From Lama guanicoe (taxonomy: Eukaryota), in the NCBI GenBank assembly GCA_013239625.1, contig MU055744.1, positions 464,355-528,354 on the forward strand: a stretch of DNA of 64,000 nt. The letters run 5' to 3'. Of this stretch, positions 1-11,260 are shown piece by piece (positions within the stretch are counted from its first letter, which is position 1; every line of letters starts with the position of its first letter). A program made the translations under genes and the position numbers. A model generated the notes under the pieces. It saw only the letters and a program-made list of their open reading frames with translations, was not told the origin of the DNA and ran no database searches.

Positions 1-1749
1 CGCCAAGGGGGACAGACGTTGGAGCCCGGGCCAGAGGACGAAGCGGGGGTCCGTCGGTCGGGGCTCTGCTGCTGGGCAGTGGGGATGAGACTTTCCTTTC
101 TAGGGGTCTAGCCGCTCGCGTCTGAATGGGGCAGCTGGAAGTGGTTCTGCGGCCTCTCCCAGACTGAAGCCCAAAGGGCAAGACCCCTTCTCTTGTTTGC
201 TCCCCGCCCCCCGCCCAGCAAGCTGGGCGCTCATCTGGCTGCGTCAGCTGCAGTGACCGGGCACCTGCACGCACACGGGTTCATGCCCCCCACAGAGACT
301 GCTCTGGGGCCGGCCACTCTCCAGGGCGGCTGTCCTCCACGCTGCCGCCCAGCCTGGGGCCTCTGTGTTTCCCCCAGTGGGGAAGAGAGAGATGGACGGC
401 CCACCCACCCCGGGAAGACTGCTGGTACCTCCCTGGCCAGAACCAGTCACGGGGCCCCCCATCCCCCCAGGGGCTGGTCTTCCCCCTCCCAGACCCCTGA
501 GGGAGGACTAGGCGATGGGAGCTGGTGGGCGCAAAGGACTGTCTCTGCCTCTTACGTTGCTCATAAGTGAGCGAATGGATGGAAGCTTGCCCGAGGCTGG
601 GCGGGCGACCGCTGGTGGGGCGGGGCCGCGGCCAGGAAGGCAGAGCGGTCACTTACATGACGCTTAGTTCCAGGAGGGCTTTGTCCTTAACACGCACGAG
701 ACGCCTCGTCACGCTGCAGTTAGACCCTCATTTAGGACAGCGTTTACCAGGCATTTCAGCGCGCAGGCTCTGGGCTTTGGGTGTCGGCTCGGCCCTGGCC
801 TGGGGACAGGTGCCATCACGCGGCCCCCGGGGTGACAGATTGCTCTGAGGGAGCGCGGCTGGCCCTGGAGGGGGACGAGGAACAGGTTCTAATGATGGAT
901 GGCCCAAGGAGGCTGCTTTAATTTCCCACCCTCACCTGCCACTCTGCGGCCATCACCGGCGGCGCCAGTGTCATTTCCCAGACTCTGTCCATCCATCAGG
1001 CTAACATGAAGTCAAAGGTGCCCCTCATTTCATTGCCCGGGGGGGGGGCCCTATGCTGGGGAGGGAGGGAGTCGGTGGGAGGTGTGCCCTTCTCAGAAGC
1101 GGAGTTGGGAGTTTAGCAAAACCGGAAGAAAGCGTCTCCAGGCTCCAGCCTCCGGCCTGGGCTGGTTAACGTGGCAGGAAGAGTGGGCCTCTGGGTGCTG
1201 ATTTCCAGAGACTGCACTCGGGCCCTTGCTGGACCACGTCTTGGGGGTGTGGATGGCTGGAGCAGACCCTCCCCATTGGCTGCTGGACACACAGCTCAGC
1301 CAGGGAGCTGTCTGGAACTGCCGGACAGCCGCACCGCTGGGCAGATCCTCCCCGCCAGGCAGGACTGTGTCCCTCCTTCATGTTGTTATTCCAAAAAGGG
1401 ACGCGGCTGTGCCTCCCCACCCACCGGGCCCCTCCCTGGTGGGGGTGCTGCGTCTGCGGGGGTTTTGAAATGTGGGCTTCTGGTTTCTCTTTGTTGCAGA
1501 GAGCCACCAGGGAGCGCAGGCGGCTGTCCCATATGTTAGTGACAGAGCTGTCACGTCACTGTCAGGGGCTGGCGCCGCCTCGTGTCCTCACCTCTCTGCC
1601 CTGGGCCCCTCCTCCAAGGGCTTGGTCCATGCGGGCAGGGGAGTCCTTGGCCTCTGAGGCCACGCCGAGTCCCTCGGTGCCACCAAGTTTGGTGCCCCAG
1701 ATGATTCATCTCAACCTGCCTCACCACCTTCTCCGAGGTGTCAATTGCT

Positions 1750-2050
1750 CGCCTTTAAAAATAGCTTTATTGCGTTGAGTATAAAATGAGTTCATCATTA
1801 TTGCAAAAACAGTTCAGAAGACTCGAGAGTCAAAGAAGGAAATTGTGACCACCTTCCCACGGCGACCACCCCATTTCTGTGCAGGAGGACGTGCATGTTT
1901 GCACAAGCACGAGGGCGTGCGCTTACCCGGCTGTGGCCGGCTGTTTCCCACCTGGAGTTTTGTGGACACCGTGCCCGCCCGTGCATGTCGGGCGATGTGT
2001 CACTTTCATGGCTACTGAGTCACTGCCAAGAACCGGGCTTCCAGTCCGGC
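1750..2050 (-). mobile_element. Ancient L1M/L1ME 3' end fragment
   Basis: tttaaaaatagctttattgcgttgagtataaaat ... ctttcatggctactgagtcactgcca resembles an antisense L1ME 3' UTR. Confidence 0.45.
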
Positions 2051-5019
2051 TGGTGTGACCCCGGTGCGGCTGGGAATCCTCGGAGCCTCTGTTTCGCTCT
2101 CCCCCAGCACAGCTCCCAGCTTCAGAGAGACTGGCTCCCTGGAGTGCAGGGTGTGCGTCCTCTGTGCGTCCCACTCCCACGGGCCCCCGGCCGTGATTCC
2201 CCAGCACAAAGTGCAGATCAGTGCACCCGGTTCTGCCCAAGGGCTGATGAGCTGTTTCTGCCTTCCCCCTGTAAACAGCGCAGCAGGGGCCACCCTTGAC
2301 TCTGGGTCTCCGCTTGCTTGGCTGATTCAGCTCTAAGATGATGTCCCTGCGTCCCTCCCCCCTCGTTTGGTTTTCGGTGTGTTTAGGAAATAGATCCAAG
2401 GGTGTCTGGCGTGGTTCCTAGAAAGCATAACCCAGGGCCCGGAGCTTGCACACAGGCCACGAGGCGCAGGGTGGAAGGGGCTGGCCAGAGGGCGCTGGGA
2501 ATGGGAAGTCCCCAGCCTCGTCAGAAGCTGCAAGGCCACGTCCAGATTCCTGGAAACTGGAGGCCAACCAGCTTAGCCCACTTTCCAGGCCCAGGCAGAG
2601 AGGGCGCCCAGCAGAGGAGCGCTGGGCCCGGGGTTGGGGGCACTCCGGAGCCCGGCCTCCCCTTCGCCTCTGGCCCCGCCGGCCCGCCCGTCCTCTCCCA
2701 GGGCAAGCACGTGGCTGGCTCCCGAAGACGGAGGGGCTGGTTCCGAGCACATGGAGGTCGGCGCTCTGCCCCAGATATCTTCTCACTGGGCCTTTCGTCC
2801 CAGCCAACTAATTACAACAGTAGGAAAGCTCTCGGCTCCAGCCGGGAGAACTGGCCTCCGCCCTGGAGCCAGACGAGGTTCCCAGCTCAACAGGGTGTCT
2901 GTGCCTCGTCATCAACCTGCCAAGCCCCGGCCCGCGCGTCTCCCTGAGCCGGGGGGGCGTGCTGACAGGTGCCACCAGCTTCCCGCCTTGCACGGAGCCC
3001 GGAGCCCGCCGGGTGCTGGGGCCTTGGGCTGCTGGACCACACCTGCTCCCGCCCTGCATGGTGGCGGTGCCGCGAGGGCACGGACTTGGCCTTGGTCGTC
3101 ACTATTTCCTGTCGGGCCTGGTGGGCGTGGAATTGAGGGGACGCCAGCTATGGACCTTCGGTGTTTGGCTCCAGTCGGACCTGCCGCACCAGTGCTGCGT
3201 CGCTGTCAGGGTGGCCGTGTCTGCGCTGCCCGGTGTGGAGTAGGGTCTTCACGTGCACGTGCTGAGGGGGTCAGTGCGCAGAGGAGGCCTACACGTGCGA
3301 CACAGGCGCTCCTTCTTCGTGGCCACCCAGACCCACGCAGACTCTCCTTCGGGGCCGCACCACGAAGGACGCACTGCGGAGCCCACGGACACCAGGGAAG
3401 GTGAGGTCCGCCTGCTGCGGCCGCACAAAGCCTGCAGCCGGAGTATCTCCCCCGGCCGCCCCCTGGGGTCTCGCCCCCACCCTCTGACACGCTGGATGCT
3501 GCCCAGCCCCCAGGCCGCTCTCACTTGCCCGCCGACCTCTCACCCCGACTGGACCCTGGCAGTCAAGCTGTGCCCGGGAATGGCCCTAGCATCTCCCTGG
3601 CCGTGCTGCCAACGACTGTGCTGTTTTTCTTGGCGTTTGCTTTCGTGACGAGATAGCAGTAGCAGCTGTTGTTATCAGGTGCTTGCTATGGGCTGAGCGC
3701 TCCCTCCATCCCAGCCTTCGGGCCTGAGAAGCAGCCTGCAGGGTGGTCAGCCTGCGTGCTGCTTTAGAAACGACGTGCAGGTGGCCGACCCACTGCCGTC
3801 CCCACAAGTCCCGCAGCTGGAAGGGAGGAGCCGGACCCCGGTCCGTGCCTGCTCTGTGCTGAGGGGGGGCCCGGCGTGGTGACCGTGAGCCTGGCCCCGT
3901 CCTTGCCGGATGCACGCTGAGGCGTGCAGCTGCGAGGCTTCGGGGCTGGGGGTCAGTGGGAGGTCGCGGCAGGGTGGTCACGGGGCGTCGTTGGAGGGAG
4001 ACCGAGGGGCAGGTGTGTCCCCAGCCACAGGCTGCTCTCTCACTGCCTGTGCCCCATGCTCACTGCAGGTGACGTGGCCCTAAGACCCCTCTTCAGACAG
4101 TGACCCTGAAGGCTTGGTCCTTGGGGAGACCTTCCTTCCGGCAGGACTTACGTGGCCCCGACAGACAGCAGCCTGGAGCCGTGTCTCCCAGAAGCACTGG
4201 AGAACGCTGCTCCGGACTCGTCCACCCCCTCCGCGTCCTGTCGGGGGCGGTCTCCCTGCAGCTCCCGGGTTCCAGCCAACTCCGGAATAATGAGCACCTC
4301 GCAGTCCCGGGAAGCCCAGCCTCAGAGACCCCCCAGCGTGATCCTCAGCCCCGGGCCAGCTGCCGCTCACCCCCCCGTCCCCCCAGGACCGTCAGCCGAC
4401 TAGAGCCAGATGGCCCGGAGCCGGGCATCCAAGGACACAGTCACGTCCCTCCCAGGAATAAGGACGTGGGTGGGAGGCACAGGTGAGAGCGTTTCCTTGA
4501 GTCCCAGTGACCCCAGAGCTCCTTGCGGACCAGGCCAGGTGTTGCCATGGGGACAGGTGGCGAAAGCAGCAGGGGGCGGGCTCCCACCGAGGGCAGTGTC
4601 CCTCCCTCCTTGTGCAGAATGGTGTCAAGACCTCTTTTTTTGCTGTGAAAACCACAGTGTCCTCCCCTGCTGCACGCACGCCGGGAGTGCTGAGCACGGG
4701 CACCAGGGGTCCGTGGGCTCCGCACACACTTGCTCGGCTGCAGCCCCACGAGAATGCACAGCATCTTTGGTGGGCGAAGGGACGGCCTCTCTGGCCTTGC
4801 CTGGCCCTGCCTGGCCCTGTCACCAGCGGCCTGCGGCCCAGCACCAGCTCTGGGACAGCAGGGGACGGGGGCTCCCTCTCTCGAGACCACCCCGGACACG
4901 CTCCTGCCCCCCAGGGCCTGGGGCCTCTGCCGGGTTCCCTGGTCACTCCCCATCTGTCTGGTCCCCCAACCAGTGCCAGGTGCAGGGGCCGCGAGATGAA
5001 GCTCAGGTGCTCAGGAGAC

Positions 5020-5455
5020 TCACACATCCGTGTCCCCAGGACGCGGACGTCCTCGGCCCCATGCCAGCAAATGCGGCCTTATTTGGAAACAAAGTCTTTG
5101 CAGGAGTAATTGAGATGGAAGCTGAGATGAGGGCAGTCTGGAGTAGGATGGGCCCTTAGTCCCCTGTGTCTGGGGTCCTTTGAAGCAGAGCAGAGCCGCG
5201 GAGACTGACACATGGAGCAGAGAAGGCGGTGAAGGCGCAGACACAGAGGGAGGAAGGGGTCAAGGCTGGGGCCACACAGCTACAGACCAAGAGACCCAAG
5301 GCTTGCCGACCACGAGCAGGAGTCAGAGGGGCCTGGAAGATTCTCCCGCAGAAGGAACCAGCCCTGCCGACCCTGGGACTCCGGACTTCCAGCCTCCAAG
5401 CCTAGGAAAGCGTACGCTTCTCCTGTTTAAGCCGCAGGGTTGTGGTCCTTACGGC
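5020..5455 (+). mobile_element. MaLR solo LTR (MLT1B/C/D-like)
   Basis: Diagnostic blocks ccttatttggaaacaaagtctttgcaggagtaatt, agaaggaaccagccctgccgac, gacttccagcctcc and ctgtttaagcc (recalled consensus). Confidence 0.8.
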
Positions 5456-5494
5456 TTAAACCGTTCTTAAACCGTTACACGGGTGCCCCTGGGC

Positions 5495-5550
5495 CTTAGG
5501 ACTTGTCAGTCTCTGTAATGTGTGAGCCAATTCTTTAGAACAAGCCCCTT

Positions 5551-5595
<45 letters not shown>

Positions 5596-5630
5596 CCCCC
5601 TTCTGTTGGCCCTGTTGCCCTGACTCACAC
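5495..5630 (+). mobile_element. ERVL LTR 3' end (MLT2-like) containing a CA microsatellite
   Basis: ggacttgtcagtctctgtaatgtgtgagccaattc ... tatata(ca)n ... ctgttggccctgttgccctgactcacac resembles the MLT2 terminus. Confidence 0.65.
5557..5594. repeat. (CA)n microsatellite, about 18 units, preceded by (TA)4
   Basis: Directly visible. Confidence 0.95.
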
Positions 5631-5671
5631 GGGAGCTGGGGTGATGCTGAAAGGAGACAGTAGGGAGCGCT

Positions 5672-5750
5672 GGGGAGGGCACAGCTCAGGGGTAGAGCAT
5701 GTGCTTAGGGAGCATGAGGTCCTGGGTTCAATCCCAGGCACCGCCATGAA
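5672..5750 (+). mobile_element. tRNA-Ala-derived SINE (camelid Vic-1-like), head only
   Basis: GGGGAGGGCACAGCTCAGGGGTAGAGC (A box) ... GGTCCTGGGTTCAATCCC (B box); homologous to three other copies in the window. Confidence 0.8.
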
Positions 5751-8700
5751 GGAGATGGTGGAGGGCCCGCCTGGGCAGAGGGCTGGGCGGACTAGCTGGC
5801 CCCAGCAGGAGTGGCAGCGGCCCTGAGCGCAGTGGGCCCTTCCCGCCGCCAGCTGCCTAGCAACAAGACGGCTATCACAGACACCTCCAGGGATGCTCTG
5901 AGGACAAAACGCGGTGGTCAGGGACCAGCCGACTGCAGCCCACCAGCCAAAGCTGGCCTGTGGGGAAGTAAAGCTTTGCTGGTGCGCACCGACACCAGCT
6001 GGTTCGCCCATCCCGGCTTTCGGCCGCACGGCAGAGCCGAGCAGCTACAGTGGAGGCCAGACGCCCTGCAGAGCCTGCACGTTTACTGCCTGGCCTTTTC
6101 CTGAGGGACTTTGCCCTCAGTGTCGCGTGAGGGGTCTCCGCTGGCCATGCCCTGTGGGCGGGGGCCGGTCGGTTCTGTGGCGCTGGCAGTTGGGCTGGCC
6201 TCCCTCACACGGGGGACAGGCTTCCCGGTCTGGGAGCCTCCCCCAGCTCACGCGGGGATTGCCAGGGCCAGCAGCGCTGAGGCCCGGCGCTGTCCCCTCT
6301 CAGGGCCCCAGTGGCCTCTGCTTGGTGGCCATGCCACCCCCCGCCCCCTCAGTTCCCACAGGGCGGCACGCTGCCCGGCAGAGGCGCTAACTGTTAATGA
6401 AGCCGAGCGGTTCATTGATAACGGGGAGCCGGCTGCTGAGAGCCGCACGGACGGGCCGTCGCCGCGCATGGACCTTCCTAGAGGGGTGGGGAAGGCAGGA
6501 GACCCGTCAGCACCCTGAGTGAGGGCGCTGGGGGGCGGGCCCGCGGGGGGCTGTTTGCGGGATGCGGGCCGGCTGCTCACAGGCGGGTCCCGATGCGCTG
6601 GTGGTGCCGGCTCCGGACTGAGTCATCTCAGAAAGCGGCCCTCAGGGTCAGAAACGTCTGTGGGGCGGACAGAGGCCTGTGTTTCCCACCAGCAAGGGCG
6701 GGGGGTGTGCAGTGAGTCGAGCCCCGTGTTTGCCCTGGGGAGGCCGGGCCAGGCAGGAGCAGACCGCCGGGGCCCCTCCCCTCCACTTCCATCCCTGATA
6801 CCCAACCTTGGGAAAACCGGGCTCAGAGCATCTGAGAGTGGGGCAGCCAGAGGGCACGTGGGGGTCCCCTGGTCTCCCCTCCTTCCCTGCCCCCAGGCCG
6901 TGCGGCTGCTTCAAGCTCTGAGGAGGGTTGGTGGCAAGTCCGGGGGCCTGGGGAGCTCCCACACCTCACCCTGACCCCATTTTCAGGTTAACTTCCATCA
7001 AAAAGGCCCACCAGCTCTACTGTCAGCTGAGGATGAGAACCCAGTCACCTAGGCTCTAAGGACCTCAGAAAGGAGAGGGGAAGTGTGTGTGAGGGAAAAT
7101 GGTGGGCTTCCTGGAAGAAGGGGTTGAGCCTGCCCTGGAAGGACAGGCAGGATTTGGGCAAACAAAGTAGTGAGGGCCAGGCAGGCCGAGGTGGGAGGGG
7201 CGGGGGACAGCGGGCAGCAGGGGTCGGCAGCGAGGGTGCTTCAGGTGGAGAGGGAGGACCAGGTTCTCACGGATGCCACCCGGCGCCTCAGGGGTCTGCA
7301 GTGGGGAGCGGGGAGCAAGGGCCCACACAGGACAGGGGCGAGGAGACGCCTGGAGGGGAGGCGCCCCCTGGGGTCCCTGCCGCGCAAAGGCCATCAGCGA
7401 ACAGGCCTGGGAGTGAGCCCCCGGGGCCTGACAGGGGCCCATGAACCGGGGGGTATTCCCTGCAGAGCCTGTGCGGGCGAGTCTGTGCTCTGAGCACCCC
7501 CCGCCCCCGCAGGAGCACATCCAGGAATCGAGCACCCTGTTTAGAGATGGGCTGGGCCTGCACCCGGGGCGGTGGGCCCCGCAGACAGAGCGCCCGCCCC
7601 CAGAGGCCCCCAGAGGCCCTGGTGACTGCGGCCTGGGTGGGGCTGCAGGTGGGGATGGCCGGTCTCACGGCCCTGTGGACCAGCTGGCGTCCGGGCTCTG
7701 GGGCGGGGCCTGGCCCCGGGGCGGTCAGACGGAAGTACAGCGGCCCCAGGTGGGGGGGTGTCGGCAGTGCACGCAGTCATCTGCCCCAGGAGGGGACCGG
7801 GCCCTCCCACCAGGACCTCAAATCTGGGTCAAGACAGCATTTCAACCCCCACCCCCAAACCCCTGCACGGCACCTGGCTGCATCCTCTTCCTGCAGACTC
7901 TGTTACGTGGATGTCCGTCCTCACACGCCGGGTGGGCAGTTACACACGTGGTCCCTCCCCTCCAGGGACACTTCTCTCCTGTCCCTCGTACACGCCACGC
8001 TTGCCCCTGTTTGGGCTTCACGCTCGCTGCTCCCCCGAGAGGATGCCCTTCCCAGCGCCCGCACCCCTGGCTGCTCCCCCCACAGACGTCAGTGCCACTG
8101 TCCCGCTAGGGAGGCCGCTGGCAGCAGCGTCCGCCGCCTCGGCCACCCTCCCCGCCTGTCCCCTCCGCAGCCCTTCTCAGTGTCTGCAGACGGGCCCCGG
8201 AGGCTCTCCTGCTGCCGCTTCTCGTGCGTCCTCTGTGCGCCGTCCGTTCCGCGAGGACGGGCTGTGTCTCGCCCGGGCGCTCGGTGCCTGGCACCTGCTG
8301 GGTGCTGACTCAGTGGAAGGGAAGTGCGGAGGCCAAAGGCCTCGGAGGAGGTCGCTCCCGGAAGGTAAGAGGTTTGATAAAAATTATAGACTCCCCCAAG
8401 TACCTTGTCCTCCGACGGCTGCACCTGGACACGCGCGCCGGGGCCCTTCCTGGACAGGGGACGGCGGGAGCTGATCGGTCCAAGTGGAAAATGGCACAAG
8501 AAGAGGCCTGCGCGGGAGGAAGTCTCCTGAAGAACATTTCAGTGCCCCCCACGCTGCCTGGGACACCAGGGGCCCTGACGAGGCGGAAGTGCACAGTCTC
8601 GCTGCTGAGCTTCCCCCTCCGGCTGATCATCGACTCGGCAGGCGGTTTTCCTCAGGCTGCCTCTGACGGCCCCAGAAACTGACTCAGAGAAAAACGGGGA

Positions 8701-9920
8701 ACTCCCATAATGCTGAAAGTCTCGTGTGGCTCCAGGAACCTGGTGCATTCCCATGCACCAAGGCACTCCTCTTGAAAAGCAGCTGAAAATGAGCTTCTGC
8801 TGTAAAGTGAGAACGCGGATCTACCCCCACCTGGCTCTCGGGGCGAGCCAGGGGGCCGCGAGGGGCCGAGCTGCCACAGGGCTCCCGCTCAGTCCATCCT
8901 GAGGGGGCTGGCGTGCTCCCCGCCGTGCGGATGAAGTGCTGGGTCAGCGAGCGGTGTCCCCATAGCCCCAGCGCGTCTGGGCGTCACGCACACCCGTCTG
9001 GAGCAGAGGAAACGGTGTCACCGCTCCCTGCAGACGCAGCGTGTGTCGGGCACACAGACACCGAAGGCGCTCACCCAGGGAGATCCTCAGTGAGAGACGA
9101 GGAACTGTGACTCAGGTGCCCCCAGTTTGCAGCCCGGGAGGGGTACACGCAGCCCCGAGTCTGTGTTTCTGGGACCCCGGACCCTCTTCTGACCAGACGC
9201 CAATGCCACCCGCCAACTGGCGCAGCCACGGCTTCCTGGCCTGTTTCCCCATCATCGCGTCGGACGTGGAAACCTCAGAAGGCTCCCTGACGTCGCCATT
9301 GAGTCTCCTGGCGGCTCGTCGCACAGCCGTGCCAAGCCGCCTGCTGCCCCTGAAGCCATCCCCAGGCACACCTTACCGCAACAAGCCCCCTCCCCAAAGC
9401 CCCCTCGGGTGGGGTCTCGCGGGTGAAGCCAGCCCCGCCAGCCCCCGGCTTTTGCTGTGCCGGTGGGTCTGGCTGCGTGAGGAGGGGGCGTGCGGCCTGC
9501 TTCCCTCCACAGAGGGACTTGTGTTTGTCACGTTTGCCTTCCTGCTTCGTCCCCACGGCAAGTCTGGTTTCCTGCTGGCCTCTGCTTGGGGTCTTAACTA
9601 ATTCATCTTTAAAACTGGGCCGGAGACCCCCGCCTCCCCAGGGGCCCTTCCGGCCGGATAAGCCCACGTCCGTCGCCTCACAGCCACGGGGGTGAGGGAT
9701 GCGGGCGGCACGAGGCGCGACCTGCAGGCGCAGGGCCACCGCCGGCGGCGCCCTTGAGGAGGCAAGACCCTCCTCCTCTGCCTTTGACCAGAGATGAAGC
9801 CCCCAGACCCCCTTCCGTGCAGACACCCGCCGCTCACACTCGCCCGGGAGGGGCTGACACCCACCCGGCCCCCCCTCCCCCGCTGGCCCCCAACCTCGCT
9901 GGTGTCCGCAGGGAAGGTCT

Positions 9921-10054
9921 TTTCTCGTTTGCTTGTTTTTGTTTTTTTTTTGTGGGGGGGAATTAAGCTTATTTACTTATTGTTATTATTTTAATGGCGG
10001 CCTTGGGGGTTCTGGTGCCCGGCACCCACTCTACCGCTGAGCTGCGCCTCCCCC
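9921..10054 (-). mobile_element. Vic-1-like SINE, internally deleted, with probable target-site duplication
   Basis: Reverse-complement head (ctctaccgctgagctgcgcctcccc), AT-rich linker and poly-T tail; GCAGGGAAG flanks both sides (9908-9916 and 10056-10064). Confidence 0.75.
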
Positions 10055-10814
10055 TGCAGGGAAGTGTTGTCGCACTCCTGCCGCTGGGGGCACGGATGGC
10101 AGTGAGGTCCGAGGCCCCCACGAGGGGTCTGCGTGCCTGGGAGGATGCCCGCCCGGAGCAGCGGGGGCCCGCCCGAGGTCAGGGCCTAGGACAGCTGGCT
10201 CTGGGCTCCTCTCGATCCTGAAGCAGGGTTTCCAGCCGCAGAAGTGGGGCCTCCGTGGTCACGGCACCGCGGCACGTCCTCGGGGTCCGAGACGTGAGCA
10301 GGAGCTCGGGGAGGCTGAGCGTGGACTCGGCTGTTCCGTCGGCTCCCCCCACGTCCTTTCTAAATGCTGCCTGTTTCTTCCAAGGGCTCCTTTCACAGAG
10401 CGGCCCTGAGGAGCTGCGCGGCCGCAAGCTGAGAGCCTTCCTCGCCCAGCTCCCCCACACTCCGTGTGGAGGCTGGCTCCATTCCCCAGATGGACTAGTT
10501 TTGTGCATTTCTGTGGGAACAACGAAGCAGGTGCATCTGCAGCCGGCCGTGCAGTCCCACCGCAGCCCCGTCAGTGCAAGGTGCTGGACGACCATCTCCC
10601 CGAGGTGCGCGTGGTGCACGGGGGGCCTCACCACTGTGATCGGCAGCCGGGGCCAGGCCCAGGCGGCTTCCAGTCAGCCACCAGAGTCTTTCCCTTTCCC
10701 TGCTGAGAAGTGAGGGCGGCCTGGCTCACGCCCACCGTCAGCCTCGCTCACTGGCCTCCCCTCCCCAAGGTCTGCTTTGGCTCCCAAACCCGAGGCAGAA
10801 CAGTGTGTGTGTCA

Positions 10815-10930
10815 GAGTGGGAACGCTGGCACCAAGGAGACTTGCATCCAAATCCTGGCTCCTCCGTGACCACTGGCGCTGCTTACACTCCCTGTAAAAC
10901 GGGAAATCAAATAGCTCCCAGGTCATAAGA
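10815..10930 (+). mobile_element. MIR fragment
   Basis: gacttgcatccaaatcctggctcctcc ... ctgtaaaacggg. Confidence 0.55.
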
Positions 10931-11260
10931 CCGTCTCACAAATGAGTGAGTTTATTTTGTCTTCTAACTGAGGCTCCCAGGGGCTTCTGGGTCCTGGGCA
11001 CCGTGTGATTGACCTTGCTCCTCTGCGTTCCTCCTGGCTCTGCCTTCTCCGTGTGTTGGCTCCGTCCCTGGGCCGGCTGCCCTCCTGGTCACAGCATTGT
11101 TGCCGGGAGCCGCCCCTTGTCCTTAGGTCCCCTTCTCATCTAGGAAGGGCGAGAGCACGTCGCTTCCTACAGCGGTCGCCCTTGAGTTCTGAGTCTCACC
11201 GGGACGGGGCCAGCTCCACGTCAAGGGGGAGGGCTTAGCAATGTGACCCCTGCGTGGGGT
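10930..11260 (-). mobile_element. Old MaLR LTR fragment (MLT1J/K-like)
   Basis: ggctctgccttctccgtgtgttggctccgtccctgggccggct resembles antisense MLT1J/K. Confidence 0.5.

Noticed and set aside
1503-2496. CTCF-like motifs (CCACCAGGGAGCGC at about 1504; GGCCAGAGGGCGCTG at about 2483)
   Set aside because: Imperfect matches are common in sequence this GC-rich and cannot be supported without ChIP or conservation data.
5672-5746. Possible tRNA-Ala gene
   Set aside because: Anticodon arm is mutated, there is no Pol III T-run terminator, and it matches the other SINE copies.
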